A stretch of 64,000 nt of DNA from assembly GCF_009914755.1 (NCBI RefSeq), contig NC_060928.1; one strand, 5' to 3'. Shown here piece after piece: positions 21,359 through 35,474 of this stretch. The notes beneath the pieces are model-generated. The model was not told the origin of the DNA. It made no database searches and worked only from the letters and a program-made list of their open reading frames with translations. This DNA comes from the human T2T-CHM13v2.0 reference genome, Homo sapiens. Position 1 is the first letter of the stretch; the number at the start of each line of letters is the position of its first letter. A program made the translations under genes and the position numbers.

Positions 21359-21874
21359 TGTATTAGTCAGGGTTCTTTAGAGTGACAGAACTGATGGAAT
21401 ATATATACACACACACACACACATATATACACTTAATAAACTCACATATATATACACATATATATATATATATAAACACATATATATATATGAGTTTATT
21501 AAGTATTAACTCACATGATTACAAGGTCCACAATAGGCCATCTGCAGGCTGAGAAGCAAGGAGAGCCAGTCCAAATTCCAAAACTGAAGAACTTGGAGTC
21601 CAATGTTCAAGGGCAGGAAGCATCCAGCACAGGAGAAATATGTAGGCTGGGAGGCTAGGCCACTCTCTCTTTTCACATTTTTCTGCCTGCTTATATTCTA
21701 GCCATTCTGGCAGCTGATTAGATTGTGCCCCCCCAGATTAAGGGTGAGTCTGCCTTTCCCAGCTCACTGACTCAAATGTTAATCTCCATTGGCAACAGCC
21801 TCACAGACACACCCTGGATCAATACCCTGTATCCTTCAATCCAATGAATTTGATACTCAGTATTAACCATCACA
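21359..21874 (-). mobile_element. MLT2A (HERV-L) solo LTR with an internal TA/CA microsatellite
   Basis: TGTATTAGTCAGGGTTCT...CAGTATTAACCATCACA termini; TSD CTAGC/CCAGC. Confidence 0.9.
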
Positions 21875-22097
21875 CCAGCATAGAGTAGTAGAGGCCATGG
21901 ATGTGGATATATTGTGTACATTGAGGTCGTGGTTGGGTGTACATGCAGAGTGAGAAGATTAAATGCCCAAAGATTGAGCTCTAGTGAAAGGCACAATTGT
22001 TACAGGGACATCACTAAAGATGAGCACTGTAACATGGATATTGGTTTGAGAATTAATATTTAATTATAGCCAGGGACCAAATGGTAGATATAGTATC

Positions 22098-24844
22098 TAT
22101 ACTAGTCCATTTTCACACCACTATAAAGAACAACCTGAGACTGGGTAATACATAAAACAAAGAGATTTAATTGACTCACAATTCTGTGTGGCTGGAGAGG
22201 CCTAAGGAAACTTAAAATCATGGCGGAAGGCTGAGGGGAAGCAAGGTACTTCTTCACAAAGCAGCAGGAGAGAGAGAGAGCTTAAGGGAAACTGCCACTT
22301 TTAAGCCATCAGATCTCATGAGAACTCCCTCAGTATCACCAGAACAGCATAGGGGAAACCACCCCCATGATCCAATCACCTCCCACCAGGTCTCTCCTGT
22401 GACACATGGGAATTACAATTTAAGATGAGATTTGGGTGGGATCACAGAGACAAACCATTTCATTCTGTCCCTGGCCCCTCCCAAATCTCACATTCTTGTC
22501 ACATTTGAAAACCAATCTTGCCTTCACAACAGTCCCCCAAAGTCTAACTCATTACAGCATTAACTCAAAAGTCCAAGTCCAAAGTCTCATCTGAGACAAG
22601 GCAAATCTCTTTCATCTATGAGCCTGTAAAATCAAAAGCAAGTTACTTAACTTCCAAGCTACAATGGAGGTACAGGCAATGGGTAAATGTTCTTATTCCA
22701 AATGAAAGGAATTGGCCAAAACAAAAGGGCCACAGGCCTCATGCAATTCTGAAACCTGGTGGGCCAGTCATTAAATCTTAAAGCTCCAAAATCTCATTTG
22801 ACTCTGTGTCTTACATCCAGGGAATGCCGATGCAAGGGATGGACTCCCATGGCCTTGGGCAGCTCCACCCCTGTGGCTCTGTGGGGTATATCCCCTGCGG
22901 CTCCTTTCACAGCCTGGTGGTGAGTGCCTGATATAGTTTGGCTGTGTCCCCACCCAAATCTCAACTTGAATTGTATCTCCCAGAATTCCCACATGTTGTG
23001 GGAGGAACCCCGGGGGAGGTAATTGAATCACAGGGGCTGTTCTTTCCTATGCTATTCTCGTGATTGTGCATAAGTCTCACAGATCTGATGGGTTCATCAG
23101 GGGTTTCCACTTTTGCTTCTTCCTCATTTTCTCTTGCCACTGCCATGTAAGTAGTATCTTTCACCTCCTGCCATGATTCTGAGGCCTCCCCATCCATGTG
23201 AAACTATAAGTCCAATTAAACCTCTTTTTCTTTCCATTCTCAGATACGTCTTTATCAGCAGCATGAAAATGGACTAATACAGTGCCTGTGGCTTTTCCAG
23301 GCACATGGTGCAAGCTGTTGGTGGATCTATGATTCTGGGGTCTGGAGGACAGTGACCCTCTTCTCACAGTTCCCCTAAGCAGTGCCCCAGTGGGGATTCT
23401 GTGTGGGTGGCTCCAACCCCACATGTCCCTTCTGCACTGCCCTAGCAGAGGTTCTCCTTAAGGGCTCTACCCCTGCAGCAGACTTCTGCCTGAACATCCA
23501 GGCATTTCCATACATTCTCTGAAATCTAGGCAGAGGTTCCCAAACCTCAACTCTTATCCTCTGTGTGCCCGCAGGCCCAACACCACATGTAAGCCACCAA
23601 TGCTTGGGGCTTGTACCCTCTGAAGAAAGACCTGGGCTGTACGTTGGCCCCTATTAGCCATGACTGGAGCTAGAGCAGCTGGGATGCAGGCTGCCATGGC
23701 CCAAGGCTACACAGAGCAGCAGGGCCCTGGACACAGCCCACAAAACCATTTTTCACTCCTAAGCCTCCTGGCCTGTAATGGGAGAGGCTGCTTCCCTTGT
23801 TGGGAGAGGCTCCTGTACGGTGATGGGAGGCTGCAGTGAAGATCTCTGAAATGACCTGGAGACATTTTCCCCATTGTCTTGGCTATAACATTTGGCTCTT
23901 CATTACTTAGGCAATTTTCTGCAGTCATCTTGAATTTTTCCCCAGAAAATGGGTTTTTCTTTTCTACCTCATGGTCAGGCTGCAAATTTTTCAAACTTTT
24001 ATGCTCTGCTTCTCTTTTAAATAAAAGTGCCTGTTTCCAATAATTTGTTTTTGAATGCATATGACTGAATGCATTTGGAATCAGCCAGGTCACCTCTTGA
24101 ATGCTTTGCTGCTTCGAAATTTCTTCCACCAGGTACCTTAAATCATGTCTCTCTAGTTCAAAGTTTCACAGATCTGTAGGGCAGTGGCAAAATGGCACCA
24201 GGCTCTTTGCTAAAGCATAGCAATAGTGACCTTTACTCCAGTTCCCAATAAGTTCCTTATCTTCATTTGAGACTACCTCAGCCTGGACTTTGTTGACCAA
24301 ATCACCATAACATTTTAATCAAAACCATTTTAGTTTCTAGGAAGCTCCAAACTTTCTCACATCTTCCTGTCTTCTGAGCCCTCCAAACTGTTCCAACCTC
24401 TGCCCATTACCCAGTTTCAAAGGTGCTTCCACATTTTCAGTTTATCTTTATAGCAGTGCCCCACTCCAATCACCAATTTTCTGTATTATCCATTTTCACA
24501 TTGCAATAAAGAATGATCTAAGACTGGGTATTTATACAGGAAAAAGGTTTAATTGATTCACAGTTTCTCATGACTGGGGAAGCCTCAGGAAACTTACAAT
24601 CATGGTGGAAGGCTAATGGGAAGTAAGGGATGTCCTCCCAAAGTGGCAGGAGTCAGAGAGTGCTCAGGGAAAACTGCCACTTTTAAACCATCAGATCTCA
24701 TGAGAACTTTCTCACTATCATGAGAATATCATGGGAGAAACCACCCCCATGATCCAATCACCTCCCACCAGGTCCCTCCCTCCACACGTGGGGATTACAA
24801 TTCGTGATGAGATTTGGGTGGGGACACTGAGCCAAGCCATATCA
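22098..24844 (-). mobile_element. Complete MaLR element (MST/THE1 type): LTR 22098-22462, internal region, LTR 24482-24844
   Basis: Two similar LTRs around an internal region; perfect 5-bp TSD GTATC at 22093-22097 and 24845-24849. Confidence 0.9.
22929..23281 (+). mobile_element. THE1B-like solo LTR nested in the MaLR internal region in opposite orientation
   Basis: TGATATAGTTTGGCTGTGTCCCCACCCAAATCTC...AATGGACTAATACA; perfect TSD GTGCC at 22924-22928 and 23282-23286. Confidence 0.92.
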
Positions 24845-24998
24845 GTATCTTTTTAAATGTAGAGTTATTTCTGTTCTACTTACTATGTATGCACAAACAT
24901 GAGAGGGAATAATTTAGGAAGGTTTCCTGGTTTCTGTCATAGGCAAATAAATCGATAGAGGAATACCAAAAACAAAACAAAAAACTAAGCAAAAACAT

Positions 24999-25034
24999 AT
25001 GTGTGTGTGGATGTGTGTGTGTGTGTGTGTGTGT
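24999..25034. repeat. (TG)n microsatellite
   Basis: Interrupted TG run. Confidence 0.9.
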
Positions 25035-25248
25035 CTACATGATTATGTGTAGCATAAAAGCATTTTTTGGATACATTAACTTATTTTTTGCAACTAAGAA
25101 TATATTATGAAAAATATCATACTATAGAGGGAATTTGAGTTTCGTTAGTCAGATGCAATTATCTCCCACTGTGTGAAGCTGACTTTCCTTATCAAGAGCA
25201 AAGTAAAAGGGCTAAGCCTATTATGCTGTCTCTTTGATGTTTTTATAG

Positions 25249-25332
25249 GATATAATGAAAGATGAATGCTCGATGCTCAAGCTGCAGCTGAAAGAGAAGG
25301 ATGAACTCATTTCCCAACTTCAGGAAGAGCTG
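25249..25332 (+). CDS. CCSER1: Internal coding exon (84 nt, phase 0-0) of coiled-coil serine-rich protein 1: DIMKDECSMLKLQLKEKDELISQLQEEL
   Basis: Acceptor tctttgatgtttttatag| and donor CTG|gtaagt; open frame with a heptad Leu/Ile pattern. Peptide recognised as CCSER1/FAM190A, consistent with the TMSL3-type retrocopy I recall lying in this gene. Confidence 0.88.
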
Positions 25333-27746
25333 GTAAGTGATAACAATGCTTGGTCCACGAGTGTACTTTACTTTCAAGGTTATTTGTTCCACGCCCTTAT
25401 TTATTAACACCAATGGCATTAGTTATTTGTAAATCCTTCCAGTGGTTCAATCCAATGATCAGTTTTTATAATTCTGTCATGAAAACTATAGATCTTTGAC
25501 AAGCTGAAGAATAGAAAGGATGTTTTATAATATATGTGGAAATGTATATGGTTCCAGAAACATATCACTGAACCAGGATTAAACATTTCGGTTGTATCTA
25601 TCAGAAATCTTGAAGGCTTAGGCCACATTGTTTTTGTAAAGTGCATGATTTAACTCCATAAAGCTATACCTAAAGATACAGATCTATAATATAAAGCAAA
25701 ATACTTGATCTAGCAAACAAAACCAGATTTTACATTTTACTTTTATAAAGCCATCAAAAATACATTAACCTAATGAGACTTCTTGTTAATTTATTATATA
25801 GTTCCCAAATTATGTAAAAATTATACAAAAATATGCAGTGTGTGTGGTTCAGGTTTTAGAGTATGGTTTTTAATGTAATATCATGAAAGAAAGTAAGGAA
25901 TTACACTTTCATAATATAAAAATACATTTGGTAGATAGCAGACAGAGCAGTGGGCATTATTTTTTCTAAGTATGTGTTTTCTATGTATCTATGAATATTA
26001 ACAGTATTTTGCAATAAAATGTGCACTCAATATAAATTTTAAAAGATAGTACTCTAAAACAATAATTAAATAGAAAGAAATAAGAAGAGATATTTTTAAT
26101 TCATCATTCATTTTTACACTAATAATAGATTAAAGAAATAACCATGCAATAAGAGAGACCCTGACTCATTATCAAGATCAAGAAACAAATCCTTCTCAAC
26201 GTATTTTTAATGATTATTTCAGACTCACAATAGTGTATTATGTAATTATTGAACACAACTAAATTACAAAACAGACTTTATAGACCATCGAACTTCTGAG
26301 GACTCCTAACATATTAGTGAGATATTGGAGAAATTCAGAGCATAGTTTATAGACTCTTCACAACTGACAATGTTTTCCCTGAAACTTGATCTTTATTTAA
26401 ACAGTGTTCTAGGATTGGATTGATGCTGATCCTTGGTCCCATTAACATGTTACTGTGGCTTTAGAAGACTTATAAACTAGTACTTAGCATAAGAATAGTA
26501 TCACAGACAAAAGGAACACGTGTTACATTACCAAAATAACCTTTTATAAACCTGTAAGTAACATATTGTAGTGTCAATTTTATATATTACATAATGAAAA
26601 CATTTCTTTATTTAAATATAGCCCTCTAGGTACATATTATCTAATAATGCTTTTTTACGTTGCATACAAAAATATCTTTGAGTTGACTAAATATCACCTA
26701 TAGATATTTATTGCATAATGGTTAAAATAATCAATTTTAACATAGCAGAGTATTTATTACTTTGTCAGAGAGTGCTTATTTTGAACTTGGGTAATTAACT
26801 CAGAAAAGAGTATTCTTTTTTTCTCAGCATTAGTTATGATCAGTTTTAAAACATTCATATACAAGAAATTGGACCTTCATTTGCTGAATTAAATGAAAAA
26901 GAAAATGATTACTTTCAAAGACAGTACTACATAGTTATAATTTAAAAAATTTAGTATACCTCCATCTAAAAAAGTCCTATATATTTCTTTTTCTTTTCTT
27001 TATACTTGAATTACTCAAATTGGCTACTTAGTTTCTAAAATTTCTCAGGGAACAATCAAGCAGCATTTTAATTTTGTGCTATTGTAGTTTCCATAATCAT
27101 CTTGAATAAACAGGAAAAATGTTAACTTTAAAAAAAATATAGTTTATTTTATTAATTAAAAAGGACTGCAGCTAAGGGAGAAGTATGTAATTGGTGATTC
27201 AAGAATTTTACTTAGAGGAAACATGGTTGGAAAAAAAATTGTCATTCAAACTGGATTTGGAGCATGGATAAGAAATGCCAATCATGTAGGCCAATACAAA
27301 CCCCTTGCATCCACGGAAAATTTTGGTCCTCCTATTTCTGGTCCTGGTAATAAATAACTTGTGACATTTTGTTATGGTGGAGGTTAAATTTTACACTTAT
27401 GCTTTACTTACATTGAAAATTTCAAAAAATTTTAGAAACCAGTTGAGTTATACCCTACTATATACTACAGGTTCATAATCTTTAATAATTTAGAACTGAT
27501 TCAGTTTTCTATTCTTTCTCATGGGTTTCTGATTTCTTGACCACTGTTATTATCACAAGCAATTGTATCTACATGTACGCTGTAGAATGAAATTAGATGT
27601 AATTGTACCAAGAAAGGCTTTATTCCCAATTAGTAATTAAGAAAGTTTTAAATTTTTTGATTATTTATATTTTTGAGTTAGCCTCATCAATAGTGGGAAG
27701 AGTTGTAAAAAGTTAGGGACAGAATGGGTCTAGAAAAAAAGAAATG

Positions 27747-28063
27747 TTTTTCTTTTCTTTTTTTTCTTTTTTTTTTTTTTTAAGATAGAATCTTGCTCTG
27801 TCACCAGGCTGGAGTGCAGTGGCATGATCTCAGCTCACTGTGCAACCTCCACCTCCTGGGTTCAAGCAATTCTCTTGCCTCAGCCTCCCAAGAAGCTGGG
27901 ACCACAGGCACACGCCACAGTGCCCGGCTAATTTTTGTATTTTTAGTAGAGACGAGGTTTCGCCATGTTGGCTAGCTGGTCTTGAACTCCTTACCTCAAA
28001 TTATCTGCCCACCTCGGTTTCCCAAAGTGCTGGGATTACAGATGTGAGCCACCACTCTGGGCC
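27747..28063 (-). mobile_element. AluS SINE
   Basis: Poly(T) plus a full reverse Alu dimer. Confidence 0.93.
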
Positions 28064-28118
28064 ATAACAAGTTTTTTAGTCATTTAAATGCAATTGTTTT
28101 AGTCATTTGTTTTTAGGG

Positions 28119-28284
28119 CATGGTTTCTGAACAATAGTGCTGGTGGCACTTTGTTGTGTCTGTGCTATGAATTGTAGGACGTTTAGCAGCATCCCTAGCC
28201 TCTCTCCTCTAGATGCCAGTAGCACCTCTACACATTGCCAAATGTCCCATGGGGGCAAAATTGCCTCCAGGTGAGAACCACTGC
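28119..28284 (-). mobile_element. MER20 hAT DNA-transposon relic
   Basis: TTTAGCAGCATCCCTAGCCTC...CATTGCCAAATGTCCC...GGGGGCAAAATTGCC...TGAGAACCACTG. Confidence 0.8.
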
Positions 28285-28436
28285 TACAGGGATATTAGAT
28301 TAAATGTGTAGTCCCCAATGAAATGGTATGTTATAGAAAAAACATCTATTTATAGATACCCAGGAAAAAAACAAAAAACTCCAGCACAAGAGATGCACCT
28401 TTCCTTGGGCTATTAAATATGTAACTGTTTGTACAC

Positions 28437-28858
28437 TGTATTTATCTACTAAGGCTACCAAAACAAAATGCCATAGATGGGGTGGCTTAAACAACTAAAG
28501 TCTATTTGTCAGATTTCTGGAGGATAGAAGTCTGAGATCCGGTGCCAGAGTGTTGGGATTGTGGTGAGGGCTGTCTTCCTGGCTTGCAGATGGCCATCTT
28601 TTCGGTATGTGCTCCCATGGTCTTTCCTTGGTGCATGCACATAGGGAGAGAGAGAGAAGAGGGAGAAAGAGAGATCATGTGAGCCCTCTGATGTCTCTTC
28701 TTCTAAAGACACTAATCCTGTCATAAGGACCCTACCTCATGGCCTCATCAAAACTCCCATCATCTCCCAAAGGTCCTATCTCCAAATATCATCACGCCGG
28801 GAGTCAGGGCTTCAATACATGAATTGTGGAGCAGGGGGAACAATTCAGTACATAGCAC
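28437..28858 (-). mobile_element. MLT1A-like MaLR LTR
   Basis: GGGTGGCTTAAACAAC, TTCTGGAGG-AGAAGTCTGAGATC and GGGCTTCAATACATGAATT motifs. Confidence 0.8.
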
Positions 28859-29761
28859 ATACTCTTTGTGCTCATGACTGTTTAATATTAGCAAGTTCAG
28901 TTGTGGAAAATTAGAGAGTTCTACTATATATTTTTTTCCAGCATTAAATGCACGTTTCAAAAATTATTCTTTTCTACCATATGATTTCAAAATTATTACA
29001 TTGCCTTAATTCTTTTTTATTGCTGGGTGGGTAGATTTCACAAAGCATAAATACACTGAGAAACTGAAAATAATAATTTCGATTTAGGATTATATATTGA
29101 TATTATTTGGGTAAACTATTCAGATTATTAATTGCATTTCTAATGTGAATGTATTTTTGTATTTTATAGCCACACTTCCAATTTATTCCTTCTTTTTAAA
29201 AAGAAAACAATAAGCTGTTTGTACTCTTAGGAACAATTTTAAAAAGTCAAGACGTATTATCCCTGAAATATTTATGCATTACTTACCTTGGTGAGATTTA
29301 CTGTTTTCAACAGATCGAGATAAAAATAATCACTTGTAATTGTTTTATTATGTCCAAAGGGATATTAAATGTTAGAATATTACAGTGTCCTGGGATTATG
29401 TGCTAGGGAAACTAATTGGAGAAAACGAGACATACATTCTGTAGCCAGAAGTTTGCAGTATGGTAAACAGAGAGGAAACTAGTTCACAGCATGGAACATC
29501 TACTCCCAACTGTTCTATAATAGAACAAAATCTCCTCTGCATTAAATAAGAAATAGAGCAAAGGAAAAATTTCTTCTCTTCATCTTCCTGGGGCCTTAGC
29601 TTTCTTTACTTGAGGAGAAGAGTGAGTCAATATGGTGATATGGAAAATTGGGATATGAGTTTCTTGTCCTACCTCTAATCTTAATTGCCTATGTGACCAG
29701 ATTTAGGTATTTTTCTCTATTTGGGCATTGGTTTCTTCAACTGTCACATAATACCACTGTA

Positions 29762-30140
29762 TGTTTTGGTCTGTTTTGTGCTGTTCTAACAAAATATCAC
29801 AGACTGGATAATTTATGGTAATTTATAAAAACAGAAATATATTTCTCATAGTTCTAGAGGCTGCTAAGTTCAAGATCAAGGAGCTAGCAGGTTAGGGCCC
29901 ATCTCTCTGCTTCCAAGATGGTGCCTTGAAAGCTGAGGGAAGGAATGCTTGTCCTCACATGATAGAAAGGCAGAAGAGTATGAATCTGCTCCTGCAAGCC
30001 CGTTTTATAGCAGCTTTAGTATATACATGACATGGAAGCCTTCACGAGCTAAACATCTCTCCATAGGTGGCACTTCCCAACACTGTTTGGGATTAAGTTT
30101 TCAATGACAGAATTTGGGGCGACATACTCAGACCATAGGA
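29762..30140 (-). mobile_element. MST-family MaLR LTR
   Basis: CAGACTGGATAATTTAT...AAGTTCAAGATCAAGG...CTCAGACCATAG. Confidence 0.75.
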
Positions 30141-31933
30141 CCATAACATTAAAAATATTACATATTTATCAATAGTGAATTTGATAGATTATAGCATATT
30201 TATATTTATATAACTGTATTATATATTATATATATTTTTATAGCTATGTTGCTTATAAAATTATTAAGTGGAGGGAAAAGCAGATTTTAGAACAGCATAT
30301 TGTATAACACGATGTGAAAAACGTATATTGTATAGAAAGTCTAGAATAATTAATAGTATTTAACTTTGAGAAATTAGACTGCTCAATTTCTGCTTTAATT
30401 TGGTAATGTGTCATTTTTAATAACAAATATATTACTTGTATAATCAGAAAAACACCAGACTACTTCTTTGGAAAATAAATGAAGAATTTCAATGTGTTTA
30501 ATGGTTTTCATTCTGTGATCAGTGTGTGTTGGGGGAAATAAGGGCCGCAGAGGGATCCTGTGGATTTCTATTCCCCACCCACTTAATGATAGTAGCCCTC
30601 ATTTCATTGTTTTTTGCATGTCATTACTTATTACAGTATCATTTCAATCAATAAGCAGTTTTTATTTAATGCATATCATTATACTCCTAAGATTTTATTT
30701 GATGAAAAACCACAGCTGAGAACAAAATCAAGCAAACAAACCAAAACCCTGAACAAGATGATTGCTAAGAACTACTGCGAACTATTAAACAGGGTGGGAA
30801 ATGAGAACAAAAGCTATGACATACACCTCAGTGAGAATTATTACACATCATGGTGATTGGAGAGAATATTAGCTAATTGAGGGCATGGAAAAGAACCAAC
30901 GTTCAGAATCAAAAATAAAAGGAGGACTTTTTTGATAATTAAATGTTTGGATAAATAGTTTAAAATATAGGTTCTATTTATGTTGTAGAATATATTGGAC
31001 TTTTTGAATATTAGAAATACATCACTCTTATCCAACAGAAAGATTTAGGGATTTTACTAATTTAATTTATTAAGATATTTAAAGCAGAGCTATAGATTTA
31101 GACCAAAAGTCTAAACATAATAGCTAAACGTATGCATACTTAATCATAATTAATTATAATAAAAGGTATTTTAAATATTTGCATCATAAGTTTAATTTAT
31201 TACACTTAATGATATAAAACAGAGAGATATTTTTCTCACTTCTGAGAAAGTTTCAGTGTCTTTCCCTCAGCTATTTTGTGAAGGTTATGTTGAAGAATGC
31301 CATGTAATTTTATTGCTTATATGATACTGAAGGGCACTGTAAATATTATCCTCAGGTTACTAAAATAAATTTGAGATATTTGTCATAAATGTTGATGGTG
31401 AAGTGTAGTCTTGTGTTTTGGGGGGATGGATATGTTCTTGTAAATGATTATTAATCTTATCAGTGGTTTCAAAAATCTTATACATGGTTTTACACTATGG
31501 ATGAAGAGTGTGTACCATACGACATCAGAAATTGAAGAAAGTATATTTGGTATTTATTAATAAATTAATTCAAAATATTTTTTAAGTAAGTTAGAGTTAA
31601 ATTACAAATGAAAACATAATAAATTTAGTTAGTTCTATGACCGTGAAGAGAAGAATTTAATTGTCCTAATTAAGGTTAGTAGACGGTGCTGTGAATTTAC
31701 TGTTTTAACTTGGATGACAATTTACATATACACTTTCAAAAATGTTAAACAGATTTGTATGGATAATCACATTACTAAATGTAAGTTGTCAGCAGTTTAT
31801 ATTTCTGAACTTTTGGGGTTTCTACCATTCAGAATTTTCCTGTTGGACACTTTTATTTGTTTTCTAGCCGATCAGGGTAAAATGTATCAGATACAGCTTT
31901 CTATGTCTATTTCTGTAAAAACATATGTGTTTT

Positions 31934-32256
<323 letters not shown>

Positions 32257-32409
32257 TCAAATGGGTCACCGGAAAAACAAAATAGATTTTCTGAAAAAGT
32301 AAGTTTATTAGCCCTCTGTAAAATAAACACTTTAATAACAGCCCTTAATAACATTATTTAAACAAAAAAGCAAAACAAAAATACTTATTATGTTTTCTTT
32401 CATAATCTT

Positions 32410-32528
32410 CCTCTGTTTACTAACATTACAACAACTATACTTTTCAATGCTAGTGAAATTTAAGTTACCTCTGTTTACTAACATTACAACATCTATACTT
32501 TTCAATGCTAGTGAAATTTAAGTTACCT
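32410..32528. repeat. 58-bp tandem duplication (2 copies)
   Basis: CCTCTGTTTACTAACATTACAACA(A/T)CTATACTTTTCAATGCTAGTGAAATTTAAGTTA twice, with one mismatch. Confidence 0.95.
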
Positions 32529-35090
32529 TCACCACCACATCTTTTTAAGCAGTAAGGGAATACATTGACTATAGGAATAATGTATGACTATTATCAGAGG
32601 CAAAAATTTAAAACATGTCGGTAATGAGAGACTCTTTCCTAAGAAGATTTTTTTGTGGGTCTGAATTCTAAATGTAGGTTATGATTAAGTTTTAAACTTC
32701 ACACACACACATACATACACACACACACACATTTTTCCCCACACACTTTAAAATTTTTTTCAATTATCACATTTTTTTAATTACCTGTCCTTTAATAAAC
32801 AATGCATTTTTAAATGGAAGTTTAACTAGGAGATTTCAGTTATGGAGCTGAAACACTCAACGATTCCACCACACATTTTTATTTTGAGAGTTAAGTTTGT
32901 GATCTTAAGTCAGAACCTTCCAACTAGCTGTAAACTGTTTGTGTTTCTAAAATTTGAGGTGCTACTTATTAATGTATTCAAATATAGATTTCAAAATAAG
33001 CAATGAGAGCATAGTTATTGTAAAGACAAAGACATGGAACTTGAGATACTTAAATTATATCAGTTAATAGTAACCATTTGGAGTATTTATTTGTATTTAA
33101 GATTCAAAACAAAAGAATAGTGTGTGAACCGTGAGCTCTCTATTTTGGGGGGGGATGTTTGGACATTTTAGTTTATAATTAAATATTTTACTGAATTTTA
33201 ATAATATCTTCAAAACTGAACTTTATTTTTTATTTTAAAATGTTAATTTTACTTTTAAAATTAAAGCACAATTAAAAAATAAATGTTACATCAAGAGCGT
33301 GATTTAGTAATTACCTATACTGTATCTTCTGCAGACTCTTTTTTTATTAAACAAATATTACATTTATTAAAATTTACTTTTTACTTTTTGACATATAGTT
33401 TACACAAAGTTAAATAAAAGTTTTAACTAGCTTCATTTCTTTTCTGGCCATTATTAATATTAATTTATTGCCATATTATTTAATCCTATGTTTTTCTTTT
33501 AGAAGAGGACGGTTAAAAATAAGCTTTTCAGGCATCCATTATAATAGATACATCATTGAGTTGAACACTTTTTCCTCCCGTAATGTAAATATGAACTCAA
33601 GAAAGCCAGGCCTCATTAAAAAAAATGTTTAAAAACATGTATCCCTTTTCGTGTTATTCAACCTACTTTGTTCTCACTCAAAGCAAATATTGAAAATTAT
33701 ATTCTTACTTGAGTGTAAGTAAGCATGTAAACAATCATGTTTCTCCAACCTTTTCAAATGTAATTTACTTTATTAACTGTAAGGCAAGTTCTCGGCTCAT
33801 TTGTTAACAATTGAATAGCAAAACATGGGACTGAATAAAGGCACTTGTAGAAATGATGATTTTTGAAAAAAATTGAAGGCAGTTGAAAAACTGAAAGTGT
33901 ATCATTATGTGTAATCAGGTTACTATGCATAATAAAAAGGGTGAGCTAAAAATAAAAGACTAAGAAATACATATGGCTAACTAGCACTTTATCAGAAATC
34001 TAGAGAGGAGTAATTTTGATACTTTCAGAATTCAAATTGAATAAAATGGTATGCCCTTGATACTTTAATAACAGAATAATTCCTGCATGATAAGAGAAAC
34101 ATTCTTTGTGCATGAAAATCATATCATGAATTTATCTTAAAAGTAATTCCCCACTTGCTCTACATTCTATTATAATTTATGGTATTATTTCATGCTAGTC
34201 ATTTTAGAATAGAATATTACAGCTCCATGGATGATTTACATAGAAATGGACAGCTGTAAGTACTTTCAAATCCTCTTTCTTTTTCATATTTAGGAAACAT
34301 TACGAACAGAAAAGTAATAGATTAGGTATACTTAAACATTATTAAAGTGTCAGGCTACTTTCCTTCTTTTTTCAGGAGAATTAATTGCATATATTCCAGA
34401 AAAGGCTTATCTCAGCAGTAATTACTCTCCTAGTCAGCTCTGTAAGACAGATGTAGAGTGTGAATGTGACAGTATCCTATGATACATAATGGGGACTGCC
34501 TCCAGTTTCTTACACACTCCAGTACCCTGATGAAGAGCTGCCAAAAAGATACAATCTTTAATATTCAATGGAATTTGCTGTAGCAATAGTACATATTTGT
34601 TAAAGTCTTTATCACAAAGGGTTGTTATATTGCAGTACAGCATGGATATAAGAAAATAATTGCTCTATGATTTAAATGCCAATAGGAAGGTGTTTTACCT
34701 TTAAGGCATAAATTGAGTTAAAAATATTCCACCATATTGTGATCAAATTAGGCATGTAGTTGAAATTAATTTATACGTAAAGTTAAACAGTTGAATATTT
34801 TGGATATTTTAAATTTATTATATAAGCTATGTCATACAATTTACAAACTATCTTCTTTATTTTATACTTCTTTTGTTACACTAATCAAGATTCCAGTACT
34901 TAGAGTAATTTAACAAACACAACAATTTAAGTAGTCAGTGGGACATAATGATAGCCAAAGACTTAGAAAAAAATATATAACGCATGTTCCTGAATTATCA
35001 TGGAAATTAATAATATGCAGAAGGGGAAATATGTGTTTTTTTGTGTGTAACTGGGCCGTCAAAAACAAAATTACAGCAAATTTAGTTTAA

Positions 35091-35474
<384 letters not shown>

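Noticed and set aside
20650-21990. Purine-rich degenerate sequence flanking MLT2A
   Set aside because: Probably ancient L2 body, too diverged to delimit by eye.
32410-32528. CRISPR-like or other prokaryotic array
   Set aside because: Eukaryotic DNA; two adjacent copies with no spacer.
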